A stretch of 64,000 nt of DNA from a virus (Duplodnaviria > Caudoviricetes). Below the pieces are notes generated by a model. It worked only from the letters and a program-made list of their open reading frames with translations. It did not search any database and had not been told where the DNA came from. Made by a program: the position numbers and the translations under genes. Location of the stretch: the IMG/VR virus record IMGVR_UViG_3300020577_012633, positions 59,216 through 123,215 of that record; one strand, written 5' to 3'. Position 1 is the stretch's first letter, and each line of letters starts with the position of its first letter. Shown piece by piece: positions 43,672-53,500 of this stretch.

Positions 43672-44584
43672 ATGTTGAGTATACTGGAGTTTGACATTTA
43701 GGACATTTTCCTATTGGCTTAGGATTTTTCTTTTCAAGACATTCTTTACCGTCACAATCAACTGAATTACAATGGTCGCATCCGGTCAATTTGCCATTGA
43801 TTTCAAGAGCCTTAAATCCATTTCCTTCAATCTTCTGAATACACTTGGTATTCTTATCTTTGTCAAAAATCCAAAAAAGTTCTCCGGTCGGAGGGTAAAC
43901 AAGAATATTTCTTTTCTTATTGTGCCACTCAAAAGGACCAGAGTTTCCAACACTTACCTTGCCATTAATTTCAACAATCTTATCAAAATCACTATGAAGT
44001 TCAATTGGATTACCTTCGCCAAGCTCATACCAAGGACGAGACATTCTACATGGAGGTGGTTTAGGAAGCGGATCTTTACCAGAAAGAACCCTAAACAGCA
44101 AAGCAGAATGATCTGCATCTGCGCTACTGGGTTTTGATTTTATTTTATCAAGCCATAATCCAACTCTCTTAATAGCATAATGAATTTGACTATTGCTCAA
44201 TCCAATAAAACTAAGATTATAAGGCTTTATTATTTTTGAATTTTGCGCAAAAGAAGAAATAGCTTCAATTTCTTCAAGCCTTTGTTTAATCATTTCTGAA
44301 ACAGATGATTCATCAACTTTATGGCAATAAAAAGCATCGCACTTATTTGTTTTCTTTTTCTTTCCAGAAGGTTTGAATTTCGAATCAAAAGCTAACTCGT
44401 AATTAATCAATGAACTTTTCTGATCGCCGGTTTTACCGAATCTTCCTTGATACTGGGAGTTTTCACTTTCGGTAACGAATCTCTTTTCTATAGAAGTTAC
44501 TATCCAATAGCCGCTGTGATAGGCAGTAATTAAGTCTCCTACCTTGATCCCGTTTTCATGATCTACCATATTTAAAAGAGCCAT
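43634..44584 (-). CDS. Hypothetical protein
   Basis: 316-aa ORF. Confidence 0.55.
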   Translation of the reverse strand: MALLNMVDHENGIKVGDLITAYHSGYWIVTSIEKRFVTESENSQYQGRFGKTGDQKSSLINYELAFDSKFKPSGKKKKTNKCDAFYCHKVDESSVSEMIKQRLEEIEAISSFAQNSKIIKPYNLSFIGLSNSQIHYAIKRVGLWLDKIKSKPSSADADHSALLFRVLSGKDPLPKPPPCRMSRPWYELGEGNPIELHSDFDKIVEINGKVSVGNSGPFEWHNKKRNILVYPPTGELFWIFDKDKNTKCIQKIEGNGFKALEINGKLTGCDHCNSVDCDGKECLEKKNPKPIGKCPKCQTPVYSTYGFCGVCEPYKL

Positions 44585-45523
44585 TTTTTACCCTTATCCA
44601 ACAACAATAGATCTAGCTACACCATTATGATTAATCATGGTAATCCTATCATAATCAAAATCGCAAGTTATAAGTTCACCTTCTTCTAAAAGATATACTT
44701 TGTAATCTGGAAATTCTTTTTTAATAGCTTGTAAAGCCTCTTGAGCCGGTTTGCCTTCGTATTTTTCTAAAGCTTTATTTGCTTCTTCAAACTGGATAAC
44801 ACATTGCTCTTCTTTGGTTAGTTTTGATGGATAGCATTGTCTTAGAAAGAAAAATAAAGCCATTGCTGCCCAAATACCTTCAACAGTTGCTGCTTGCCAT
44901 ACTTGTCCAGCTATGCAGGAATAACATACAAAAGATGCTCCCGTAAAATTGAAAAAATGATAGAGTTTACGGGTTCTAATAAGATTAAATGAAAGAAGCG
45001 CATACATTCCTAGTATTTGCGCCGCTCCAACCCAAGCTGCTATTTCAAGATAAATTGACTAGTTCTCCTGCAAAAATTATCAGAGCAACAAAAACGTAAC
45101 CAAGAGATAAATCAAAATATTTCAGGAATTTATTTTTATCTTTTTTGAAAGCATGATATATTGAAATTCCTAGCATAAAAAAACCAATGCAAAGAAAAAA
45201 TATCCCAATTCCATACATAAAAATTTTCATTACAATTTTCCTGCATACGAAAAAGCATTTATACTATCTGAAATGAAAACTTTATTACCTTTAGCTATTT
45301 CAGAAAGAACCTTTATGTGTTTATGCGCAGTCAGTAAACCTGAAGTTTCTTGCTTCAAAGTTTTACGAAGAAATTCAATTTCTTCTTTTAGTTTATTAAT
45401 CTGATTTTCCTGTTCATTCAAAATGTCCGCAACTCGTTCTTCACTAATACCAGACCCATTTTGTCTAAACGTATAGCTGTTGTCGTATGTCAAATAAGCA
45501 TATTCGTAAGTTTTTTTCATAAA

Positions 45524-45611
45524 CGGATGATGCAGGATTCGAACCTGCGTAGGCTTTAGACCTCTCTTGTTTTCGAAACAAGTGCATTAAACCAGACTCT
45601 GCCAATCATCC
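45524..45611 (-). tRNA. tRNA-Ser(CGA)
   Basis: CTTGT-TTCGAAA-ACAAG, long variable arm. Confidence 0.92.
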
Positions 45612-46262
45612 CAATCATAAACCATGTTTTTTGAAGGTTTCAATATCTTGTTTTAGATTTGTCGCCATCATTGTCAAATATATAAGTATTTGACCTTGAG
45701 AACAGGAAGCCCAACCTTTATTTTCAAAATCCAAATAAAACTTGTTTTCTTCTATGTATCTGTGTATTTCTTTTTCTACCTGTAATAGCAAAATAGATAG
45801 ATTTGTAGAAAGTTTATCCATGCATTAACTTGGCATGAATAATTGTATTTATCCTCTATAATTCCTACTCAAATTCTCCAGCAGAAAAAGACCAATCATC
45901 CTCGTCTTTCCATTCCATTTTCCTGCTAACTCTTTCTTCCCAACCTGGATATTTTCTTAAACAATAATCAAAGTGGTTCAATTCTTCATTTTTAGTATTT
46001 TCAACAATCAGGAAAAACTCTTCAACTGAAAACGTTTTCTCGTATTCATCTATTATAGGCCTTTCCATTCCACTATTTTCAATTTCTCTCTTCCAGTCCT
46101 CCCAAGAAATAATATGAGGGATATTATCGACAAGCCCATGAAAAGAGAATTTCCAGCCAGAAGATCTTTTACCTATGTGAATCTTTTCGTGTCTATTACA
46201 AGATTCACATTTGTTTTTTATCAAATAATAGTTAGTACCCATGAATACATCCTTATTTAAGC

Positions 46263-47825
46263 TTATACCAAAACTCTAGCTTCATTCATGGCATCTTTAA
46301 TTTTCGCCTCTTCACCAGCCGCCATAAACTTGGCCAATTTTATTCCCCATCCGGTAAGCTGCGAAGTTGCCCATTCAGACGCTTTATTTACGCAATTGCG
46401 AGGACCATAGGACTGAACAACCTTACCTTGATTGTTGATCATAATAGAAGCTTTTTCGCCATTATAATCAACATGGAACAGGAAACATTCGCCTTTAATG
46501 GCAGTCCTTGAATAACTTGCTATACAATGTCCCATATCAACGCCTTCAGCGATAATCTCTTCAACCGTTTTTAGAAAACGTATATTTTCATTTTCTGGCA
46601 AATCAATAGGAGGCATTTTTGCAGGCATAAGCTTTTCAGCCTCCTGCTCAGCAAGTCTTTCTGCTTCTCTTATAGCATACTCAGCCGCTCTTTGAGGAGC
46701 AAGCCTTACATATTCCTCTTCTCTTCTTATTGCTTCAATGCGTAACAATTCATAACGAGCCTGTCTTATTAAATCTGCATCCTGATGCCAGCGATGAGAC
46801 TTCTCAAGAAGTCCAATTATCTCTCCTTCATGCTTTTGATCGTAATCACAAACATAATTTACAAAGTATTGAATACCTTTATGTCCTCTAAGAGTAAAAG
46901 AGCATGACTTATGCTTTTTTATATAACTTTTCCTGAATAGCTTGAATGCCTTACGAATCTGTTCAGGACTAGATCTCATAAAACAATCAACATGATTTAT
47001 TTTGTCTGGTTGCCAAGAGTTATGCTCATTAGCCATAATTACAGCCATAATTTTAATTCTGTCAAATATAGGCTCACTGAGATGAATTTTATTAAGTTTC
47101 TTGGCAAGATTTACAGGAATGCCACGAGGCCAATTATCCAAAGTCTTATTAAGTGCTTTGTATGTTTTAGGAATGTCTGAAAAAAGAAGACGCCAATTGT
47201 CAGCTTTTCTTTCTACTCTGGCATAATCACCTTCAAACTGGAAAACAATTTTATCTCCATCAAAAATAGATTTATCTAAACAAAGATGAATAGCATTATA
47301 AGTAAGAAGATCGTTTATAAAAGCTTTATTGCTAAAGATCTTAGATTCCATAAGAATACGAGGAACTAAGGCCTTTGGGCCTCTTGTAACAAAGAACTTC
47401 TTATGAATAGAAGAAACTTCTGGTTGAACGTTTTCCAACATACTCTTCCATGCTGGATAAAGGTAATAACCAAGACCCTTTGTGAATTTAGCCTTGGCCC
47501 ATTCTTTAAGCTTTTTACCAGGCAAACATTTAAATTGCGTTTTTCCTTGAGCCGCTAACTTATCAGATCTAATCTGTATCCAGTTAAACATAATCTCATC
47601 TATCATCTTCTCTTTCAAGAGAGGATAGTTCATAATGGAAATAAGATCGCTATGGTGACGAACACCGTTGCGATGAAATTCTATTTCAATGTTATTATCT
47701 ATCTTGATTTTAGCATCAAGAAGACCTTCTCTCTTGATATTACAACCAGTATCTGTTTTCTCTACATTATAGAGAACTGGTTTAGTTGCATCAAAAACGA
47801 AGGTTTTAACTATTTTCTCTGGCAT
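46263..47825 (-). CDS. Large protein with C-terminal PcfJ-like domain
   Basis: IAEG.DMGHCIASY, VQSYGPRN. Confidence 0.65.
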   Translation of the reverse strand: MPEKIVKTFVFDATKPVLYNVEKTDTGCNIKREGLLDAKIKIDNNIEIEFHRNGVRHHSDLISIMNYPLLKEKMIDEIMFNWIQIRSDKLAAQGKTQFKCLPGKKLKEWAKAKFTKGLGYYLYPAWKSMLENVQPEVSSIHKKFFVTRGPKALVPRILMESKIFSNKAFINDLLTYNAIHLCLDKSIFDGDKIVFQFEGDYARVERKADNWRLLFSDIPKTYKALNKTLDNWPRGIPVNLAKKLNKIHLSEPIFDRIKIMAVIMANEHNSWQPDKINHVDCFMRSSPEQIRKAFKLFRKSYIKKHKSCSFTLRGHKGIQYFVNYVCDYDQKHEGEIIGLLEKSHRWHQDADLIRQARYELLRIEAIRREEEYVRLAPQRAAEYAIREAERLAEQEAEKLMPAKMPPIDLPENENIRFLKTVEEIIAEGVDMGHCIASYSRTAIKGECFLFHVDYNGEKASIMINNQGKVVQSYGPRNCVNKASEWATSQLTGWGIKLAKFMAAGEEAKIKDAMNEARVLV

Positions 47826-47840
47826 GTCTGTTACCTCTAA

Positions 47841-47922
47841 AGCCACCGACAGGACTTGAACCTGCAATATCTTTCGATGCCACTTTACAAAAGTGGTCCC
47901 TTGCCATTCGGGTCACAGTGGC
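47841..47922 (-). tRNA. tRNA-Thr(TGT) with long variable arm
   Basis: CCACT-TTTGTAA-AGTGG; variable arm ATC-GAAA-GAT. Confidence 0.85.
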
Positions 47923-49193
47923 GTATTGTTATTATTTTCCTAACAATGCAATTCTTATATTTTCGACTATTCCTGAAAGTTTCCTTTCATCTTCTTTGTG
48001 AGATTGATCACAAAATTCATAACCCATAAGCCCATTCTGCTGCATTCCTCCTATAACAGAAAAAGCTTCATTTACTAAATGATGAACAAGAGCCATTTGT
48101 TGTCCCGTAAAATCAAATTCAGGATTATTAGGATTCCCAGCTCCCATAAAGATTTGATCATCAAACAATATTTTGTCAGCTATGCTTTCAAGAGAATATC
48201 CGCTTCTATCAATAGCTATTTCGAGAACTGATTTCATATAGCAACCTTAGAACAATTCGCCTTTGACTGAATCATTGCACTTTCCAGTTCATTTGCGAGC
48301 TTACGAAGATTATCAGGATTTAAAGATATTCCTATAAGATTAAACTCAGCAGAATTTCTATATGATTGCAAAGTAAGTTTTTGATTGGTATAAATTCCAG
48401 TTTTAGGACCATTTCCATTATCAAAAAATTCTGTTTCAAGAAAAAGAGATTCTTCGCGATCATCATTTGGATTGAAAACGAAAACGTGTTTACCAACATT
48501 TTTGTCTCTATTTGCCATTGCCAATCCTTTACTTAAACAAGAACCTGTGTTTATTCAACCATTCTGCTTCAAGACTAATCTCATCTTCATCATCTTCTAT
48601 TTCTTCATCATCGTCACAATTTTTATCTATTATATCTTGGTCATCACAGCAAGGACCGCACCAAAGAATACCATTCCCGTAATAGTCATTAAGTTCATCT
48701 ATTGAAAAGCCACTTGTTCCGCATTTCTTACATTTCATCTTTATCCTCCTGTTTCTTTGATATATGAATATTTTTTGAGAAAAGAGAAAGCATTCCGCCA
48801 TTAAAGCTTATATAATAATCTTTCTTAAGAATATCAAGAAAAACTTTGGCGTTTGCGTCTTTTATTAATTTTTTCAAATTAGAACAAAAACTTAGAAAAT
48901 CTTTGTCATTTGGCAATAACATAATCATATCCAATAAGAAATTTCTTCTGGAACCATTATTTCTTTATTTTGTTTTGTAGCTTTTTGGGAACTTCCACCA
49001 TATCGGTTTTTTATAAACCGATCTTCTTGAAGACAATAAACAAAATCAGCAGTAGCTAGTTTGTGAGAACTAAGCTTTAGTGATTCTTTGACAGAATCGC
49101 AAACTATGGCAATGGCTTCTTTCATAGTCTTTAATCGTCAATCAAAGACTATATGCTCAAGAAATACACCAAGGAATTTATTTTATGTGCAAA

Positions 49194-49286
49194 CGGTTGA
49201 GGTTGGTATCGAAACCAACTAATCCAATAATCTTTGTTCGTCGGCCTATTTACATAGACATAGATTTGAAGAAAGATTTCTCAACC
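49194..49286 (-). ncRNA. tRNA-like RNA (acceptor + T arm only) with Y-RNA-like motif
   Basis: GGTTGAG/CTCAACC, GTTGG-TTTCGATA-CCAAC, internal GGCCGA-N8-GATTATTG. Confidence 0.6.
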
Positions 49287-49290
49287 AAAA

Positions 49291-49412
49291 TCGCTTCGGA
49301 CGGGATTCGAACCCGCCAACCTCTTCATTATGAGTGATAACCGTCAACAATCGACCTATTCGGTATGTTGGAGTCAACGGGCTTTAGCGCTCTACCATTG
49401 AGCTACGAAGCG
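49291..49412 (-). tRNA. tRNA-Met(CAT) with 48-nt Y-RNA-like insert in the anticodon stem
   Basis: CGCTTCG/CGAAGCG, D arm, CT[insert]TCA-CTCATAA-TGAAG, T arm. Confidence 0.75.
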
Positions 49413-49416
49413 AAAA

Positions 49417-49487
49417 TTGCTAGGAAGGAGTCGAACCTTCATCTCCAAGTTAAAAGCCTGGAATGTTACCAATTACAACACTAGCTA
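49417..49487 (-). tRNA. Atypical tRNA-Lys(TTT)-like
   Basis: TCCAGG-CTTTTAA-CTTGGA and T arm; imperfect acceptor, no clear 8-9 linker. Confidence 0.55.
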
Positions 49488-49642
49488 GCTGTCTTTCCAG
49501 CAGTCCAACCTCGTTTATTGTCATCATTTCAAGCCCATCGGGCTTGTGATTTACTTTAGGAGTATGGTTTATTCCTATCCTCGTTTTGCTCTTGCCAGAG
49601 ACTTATAGGAGTTTGGACTATTCCTTTGGCAATCAAGTTTGT

Positions 49643-50410
49643 TTAATTCGCAAATAATTCCTTCACTTGCAAAGCTGTAGATCGAACACTTCTGAACAGA
49701 TTCAACTGAGGCTCAATAATGTCATAATACAGATCATCAAGCTTATCCTTTTCAACATCCTCAGGGATAGAACTCTTCTCAAGTTCAATTGGCACTTGAG
49801 CATCCAGTTCTTCATAACGAGCTTTTACAACTTCAACAGGAATCTCTCCATGACGAACCTGACGAAGAAAATCCGCGTTAGGCCTAGGAAAAGTAATCGT
49901 GCCTGTCTGTAGAAGCTCAATACACTCTTCAAGCAATCTTACTGCATGGTAAGCATTCTTAATACTGTAACCATAAGCAACAATATGCTCTTTACGTTGC
50001 GCTCCAAGTTTTCTCATTTGCTCGAAATAATCTACAGCCTTTTTCCACTCTCCAAAAGCAAAACCCTGCATTGGCTTAATAAGCTTTTTAGAAACAAATA
50101 GATGTTTATTATCAATTAGTTTCTGACCAGCTTCAGTAATTTCAAGAATATGTTCTTTCGGCGCAAAAAGAATTTCTGCCGTATTAGGACTGAAACGTTC
50201 AAGCAAGTTAAAAAACTTAGGAAAAGACCATATTACTGTATCTGGATCTTTACTTTCATACTGATCCCAGTGACGACGGCCAAGAAGATATTCAGCATAA
50301 GGCACCGCAAAACCGCGAGTATCAATGTCGCTTGTTGGCGTGCTACATCCATAAAGATGAGAACCAGTTCTGACTAGCAAGTCTGGTCTCTTATAAAAAT
50401 CAGCTATCAT
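49643..50410 (-). CDS. Pol-beta superfamily nucleotidyltransferase (RlaP/YcgL-like)
   Basis: GSHLYG..TPTSDIDTRG, PN..EIL, HAVRLL. Confidence 0.85.
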   Translation of the reverse strand: MIADFYKRPDLLVRTGSHLYGCSTPTSDIDTRGFAVPYAEYLLGRRHWDQYESKDPDTVIWSFPKFFNLLERFSPNTAEILFAPKEHILEITEAGQKLIDNKHLFVSKKLIKPMQGFAFGEWKKAVDYFEQMRKLGAQRKEHIVAYGYSIKNAYHAVRLLEECIELLQTGTITFPRPNADFLRQVRHGEIPVEVVKARYEELDAQVPIELEKSSIPEDVEKDKLDDLYYDIIEPQLNLFRSVRSTALQVKELFAN

Positions 50411-50502
50411 AACTTGGTCCTCCTTTCTTCTATGAAATCAACTATTTGAACTTTTGGTTTATCAAATATTCTAAGCAATCTTGTAATAACTCGCAAAAAA
50501 AG

Positions 50503-51071
50503 TCAAGGTGACAGGATTCGAACCTGCGGACTCGTGGACCCTACCATATAAAATCATTAGCCCATTTAATATTCTTTTTTTGCCCGTTTTTAGGCTTTTC
50601 AATTCTCACGCATAACATTCTTTTATTTTCAAATTGTTCTGGCCCAAAACACAGGATTTTATCTATTTTTGGAACATAAACAAGAACTAAATCAATATCT
50701 TTTGAAGAATAAGTATCATGTTTATATTTAGTAAGAGCTGTTTTTCTTGCCATTTCAATTCTAACAGAACCTTCACTATCTTTAGATACTTTCCCGTCTC
50801 CATATTTACATTGAATCTTTAGTATTTTGCCATTATTTTCAATAAGTAAATCGTACACTGATTCTGTTGTGGGTATTGATACTATGAAATCTTTTTCCAT
50901 AGCTCTTTGTTGTATCTTAAGCACTGCTAACTGACCTTTATTATTTGTATTCATTTAAATTCCTATATTAGTATTAGAACCTTGTGGTATAGTTACATAG
51001 GGTTATTGAATATCCTTCTTATACAAATAAAATTACTAACCACGCACTCTACCAAGCTGAGCTACACCCTG
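50503..51071 (-). tRNA. Split tRNA-Pro (reconstructed AGG); halves 51036-51071 and 50503-50543
   Basis: Halves join to CGTGG-TTAGGGT-CCACG; TAG duplicated at the junctions. Confidence 0.8.
50541..50954 (-). CDS. PD-(D/E)XK endonuclease (I-Ssp6803I-like family)
   Basis: KGQLA, VSIP...YDLLIE..KIQCKY, IDLVLVY. Confidence 0.8.
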   Translation of the reverse strand: MNTNNKGQLAVLKIQQRAMEKDFIVSIPTTESVYDLLIENNGKILKIQCKYGDGKVSKDSEGSVRIEMARKTALTKYKHDTYSSKDIDLVLVYVPKIDKILCFGPEQFENKRMLCVRIEKPKNGQKKNIKWANDFIW

Positions 51072-51594
51072 AAAACTTAAGCCTCACTCATACCAATTAA
51101 CATGTAACTTTTTCAATCTCGCAAGCTGTATGATAGTCCTTATCAATAGCTGATTCAATCTCATCCATTTTTTTCAAATAACATTCTATAAGATCAGGAT
51201 CTTCTAGACCATCAACAATATTAGACAAAGAAATCATTTCATCAAGACCTGCTACAGTCTTAAGGATATATTCTTTTTGCAACTGAATAAGCTTTATTTT
51301 CTTTTCGTTATTTTGATTAGTGCTACTCATGTAACATTAATCGTCTTATTTTTTACGAGATTTTAGGCTATCACGCCATTTATCGCTTGTATGATATTGC
51401 CACAAATTACATTTTTTACACTTATAGCCATGTTCATATATCTTTTTCTTTAAATTCAAAATACTAACTAAAGGGTGCAATGCACATTTAACATAAGTCA
51501 TTGTTTTTTTACAATTAGCACACTTTACTAATGTATTTTCATCTACATCTATTACTCGATATAGATTATTCTTTTTACGGATAGATCCCATAAG

Positions 51595-51668
51595 TCAGAA
51601 TAACAGGATTTGAACCTGTAGCCTTCTCGTCCCGAACGAGATGCTCTACCAAATTGAGCTACATTCTG
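51595..51668 (-). tRNA. tRNA-Pro(CGG)
   Basis: TCTCG-TTCGGGA-CGAGA. Confidence 0.9.
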
Positions 51669-51675
51669 AATTTAT

Positions 51676-51981
51676 TTATGAAGAAACTTTTTGAATGGCT
51701 TCTTTTATTTTGGCCTCAGTCTGAAGACCAACTAGCTTTTCAGCAAAAACTCCATCTTTGAAAATTACAATAGAAGGAATAGATGTTACATTATACGTTT
51801 TTGCAAGATCTGTATTTTCTTCAACATTCGCTTTCAAAAAGGTAACATTTGATATTTCTTTAGAAAGCTTTGTTAGAAGAGGCATAAGCATTTTACATGG
51901 CATGCACCAATCTGCCCAAAAATCAACAACAACTATAGGATAGTCTGAAGGTTCAAATTTAGATTCTATTATTTCTTTCAT
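51676..51981 (-). CDS. trxA: Thioredoxin
   Basis: DFWADWCMPC, SIP. Confidence 0.9.
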   Translation of the reverse strand: MKEIIESKFEPSDYPIVVVDFWADWCMPCKMLMPLLTKLSKEISNVTFLKANVEENTDLAKTYNVTSIPSIVIFKDGVFAEKLVGLQTEAKIKEAIQKVSS

Positions 51982-52006
51982 TTTTTACTCACAATAACGA
52001 ACAAAG

Positions 52007-52081
52007 TCAGGGAGACAGGATTCGAACCTGCGACTTCTTGGACCCAAACCAAGCGCTCTAGCCAAGCTGAGCTACACCCTG
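52007..52081 (-). tRNA. tRNA-Pro(TGG)
   Basis: CTTGG-TTTGGGT-CCAAG. Confidence 0.93.
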
Positions 52082-52161
52082 AAAGCCCGTCCTTGATTCT
52101 GGTCACTCTTTCGAGGAGAGCAGAGACGGGAAGTCAGCACGCGTGCTGACATTATATGTTG

Positions 52162-52288
52162 CTGACAAATATAGGGCCGTATCTAGGAGTTTCAGAATAC
52201 TGGAAGCCATTGCTGGATAGTCTCTTTATCTGAGTCATAAAGACCACTTCTACGCATAATGTTAACCTAGAAAACATCGACTTGTCAG
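52162..52288 (-). ncRNA. Y-RNA-like ncRNA
   Basis: CTGACAAGT/ATTTGTCAG closing stem, GTCGA-N9-GGTTAACA. Confidence 0.65.
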
Positions 52289-52304
52289 TGACTACTAAAA
52301 CTAA

Positions 52305-52435
52305 AGACAAATATGTTGTTGCATTTAGCGATCTCAGAAACTGTACCTCATTCCGAGGCTAGGTCATCTCTGATGAACAACCTACTGAACGAACTTCTCC
52401 TATTAGTATGTTAAGCTAAACGCTCCGACTTGTCT
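52305..52435 (-). ncRNA. Y-RNA-like ncRNA
   Basis: AGACAAGT/ATTTGTCT closing stem, GTCGG-N8-GCTTAACA; GTCGATA motif just upstream. Confidence 0.65.
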
Positions 52436-52647
52436 AATAAAGTATCGACATTTCTATAAAGAAATCTCGAACTACACGCTTTTCAACCTTGGGCCGCTAC
52501 AACATTTCCTTTATCATCATATATCAAAACTTTACCATTTTGATCCACTCCAAAAACTCTTTTCCCTTTTGGAGCTTTTAAATCTGTTTCATATTTTTTA
52601 GTCTTATTATTGAACTTTACATTAACTTGTTTGGCTTTTTTCATAAG

Positions 52648-52720
52648 TGGAGACTACGGGAGTCGAACCCGTGACCTTTTGCATGCCATGCAAACGCTCT
52701 GCCAACTGAGCTAAATCCCC
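52648..52720 (-). tRNA. tRNA-Ala(GGC)
   Basis: TTTGC-ATGGCAT-GCAAA; G3.U70. Confidence 0.93.
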
Positions 52721-52744
52721 AAAAAGGAGGGATAAAACCCTCCT
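52721..52744 (-). terminator. Intrinsic terminator after the RF gene
   Basis: AGGAGGG/CCCTCCT hairpin followed by TTTT. Confidence 0.7.
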
Positions 52745-52749
52745 ACTAT

Positions 52750-53500
52750 TTACTTCAATATGATATCAAGATTTCCCTTTATAACATCTTTGATATCATA
52801 TGTTTTCTTGCCTGTCAAATGATCAGAAACATAGCCCTTATAGAAACAATAAGTTCTTCTAGCTCCGCCTCTTCCTGTATTGCTGAGAATGTTTTTACGC
52901 TTTTCAGCATAATCCTTATTTTGTTCAGCAAACTTCATTTCTTGAATACGTCCGCACAGAAGCTCATAAGCATGAGCTTTATTCTGCTGAGGAGAACGAT
53001 GAACCTGAGACTTAACAAAGATTCCTGTTGGAATATGTTTCATTCTACATGCACTCTTGCATGTATTAACTCCTTGACCACCTGGTCCTGAAGCATTTTG
53101 AAACATAATCTCAATGTCTTCGTCTCTAATAATCGCTCCTTTGAAAGCAAATATTGGCAAGATTCCAACTGTTACAGTTGAAGTATGACGACGACCGCTT
53201 CTTTCGGAAGGAGGACATCTTTGAACAACATGCTTGCCTGATTCATTTTCAAAAGCAGATAATACATTTTTACCGCTTATTTCAAGAGTAGAAGAACCGT
53301 AATCAACATCAACAATCGAAATGGTTAGGTTCTTCTTTGTTGCGTATCTAACATATATTTCGGAGAGTTCGTGAACAAAGTTTTTAGCATCTTCTCCACC
53401 CTCTCCTGCTCTTATTTCAATAAGAATAGAAGAAGGGTCAAAGAGACTCCTGTGCCTTATGCTGAAGGCCATCGTTCCAGCGATTTCTGTTACTATTCAT
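52750..53500 (-). CDS. Class I peptide release factor homolog (lacks domain 1) with a predicted +1 programmed frameshift
   Basis: EIRAGEGG, GRRHTS, GPGGQ; AGGAG-TCT-CTT-TGA-C at 53451-53437 in frame with ATG 53500. Confidence 0.85.

Noticed and set aside
50544-51038. Group I intron in tRNA-Pro (and in tRNA-Thr)
   Set aside because: Non-coding parts are too short and AT-rich, no P3/P7 core is visible, and the junctions show duplications
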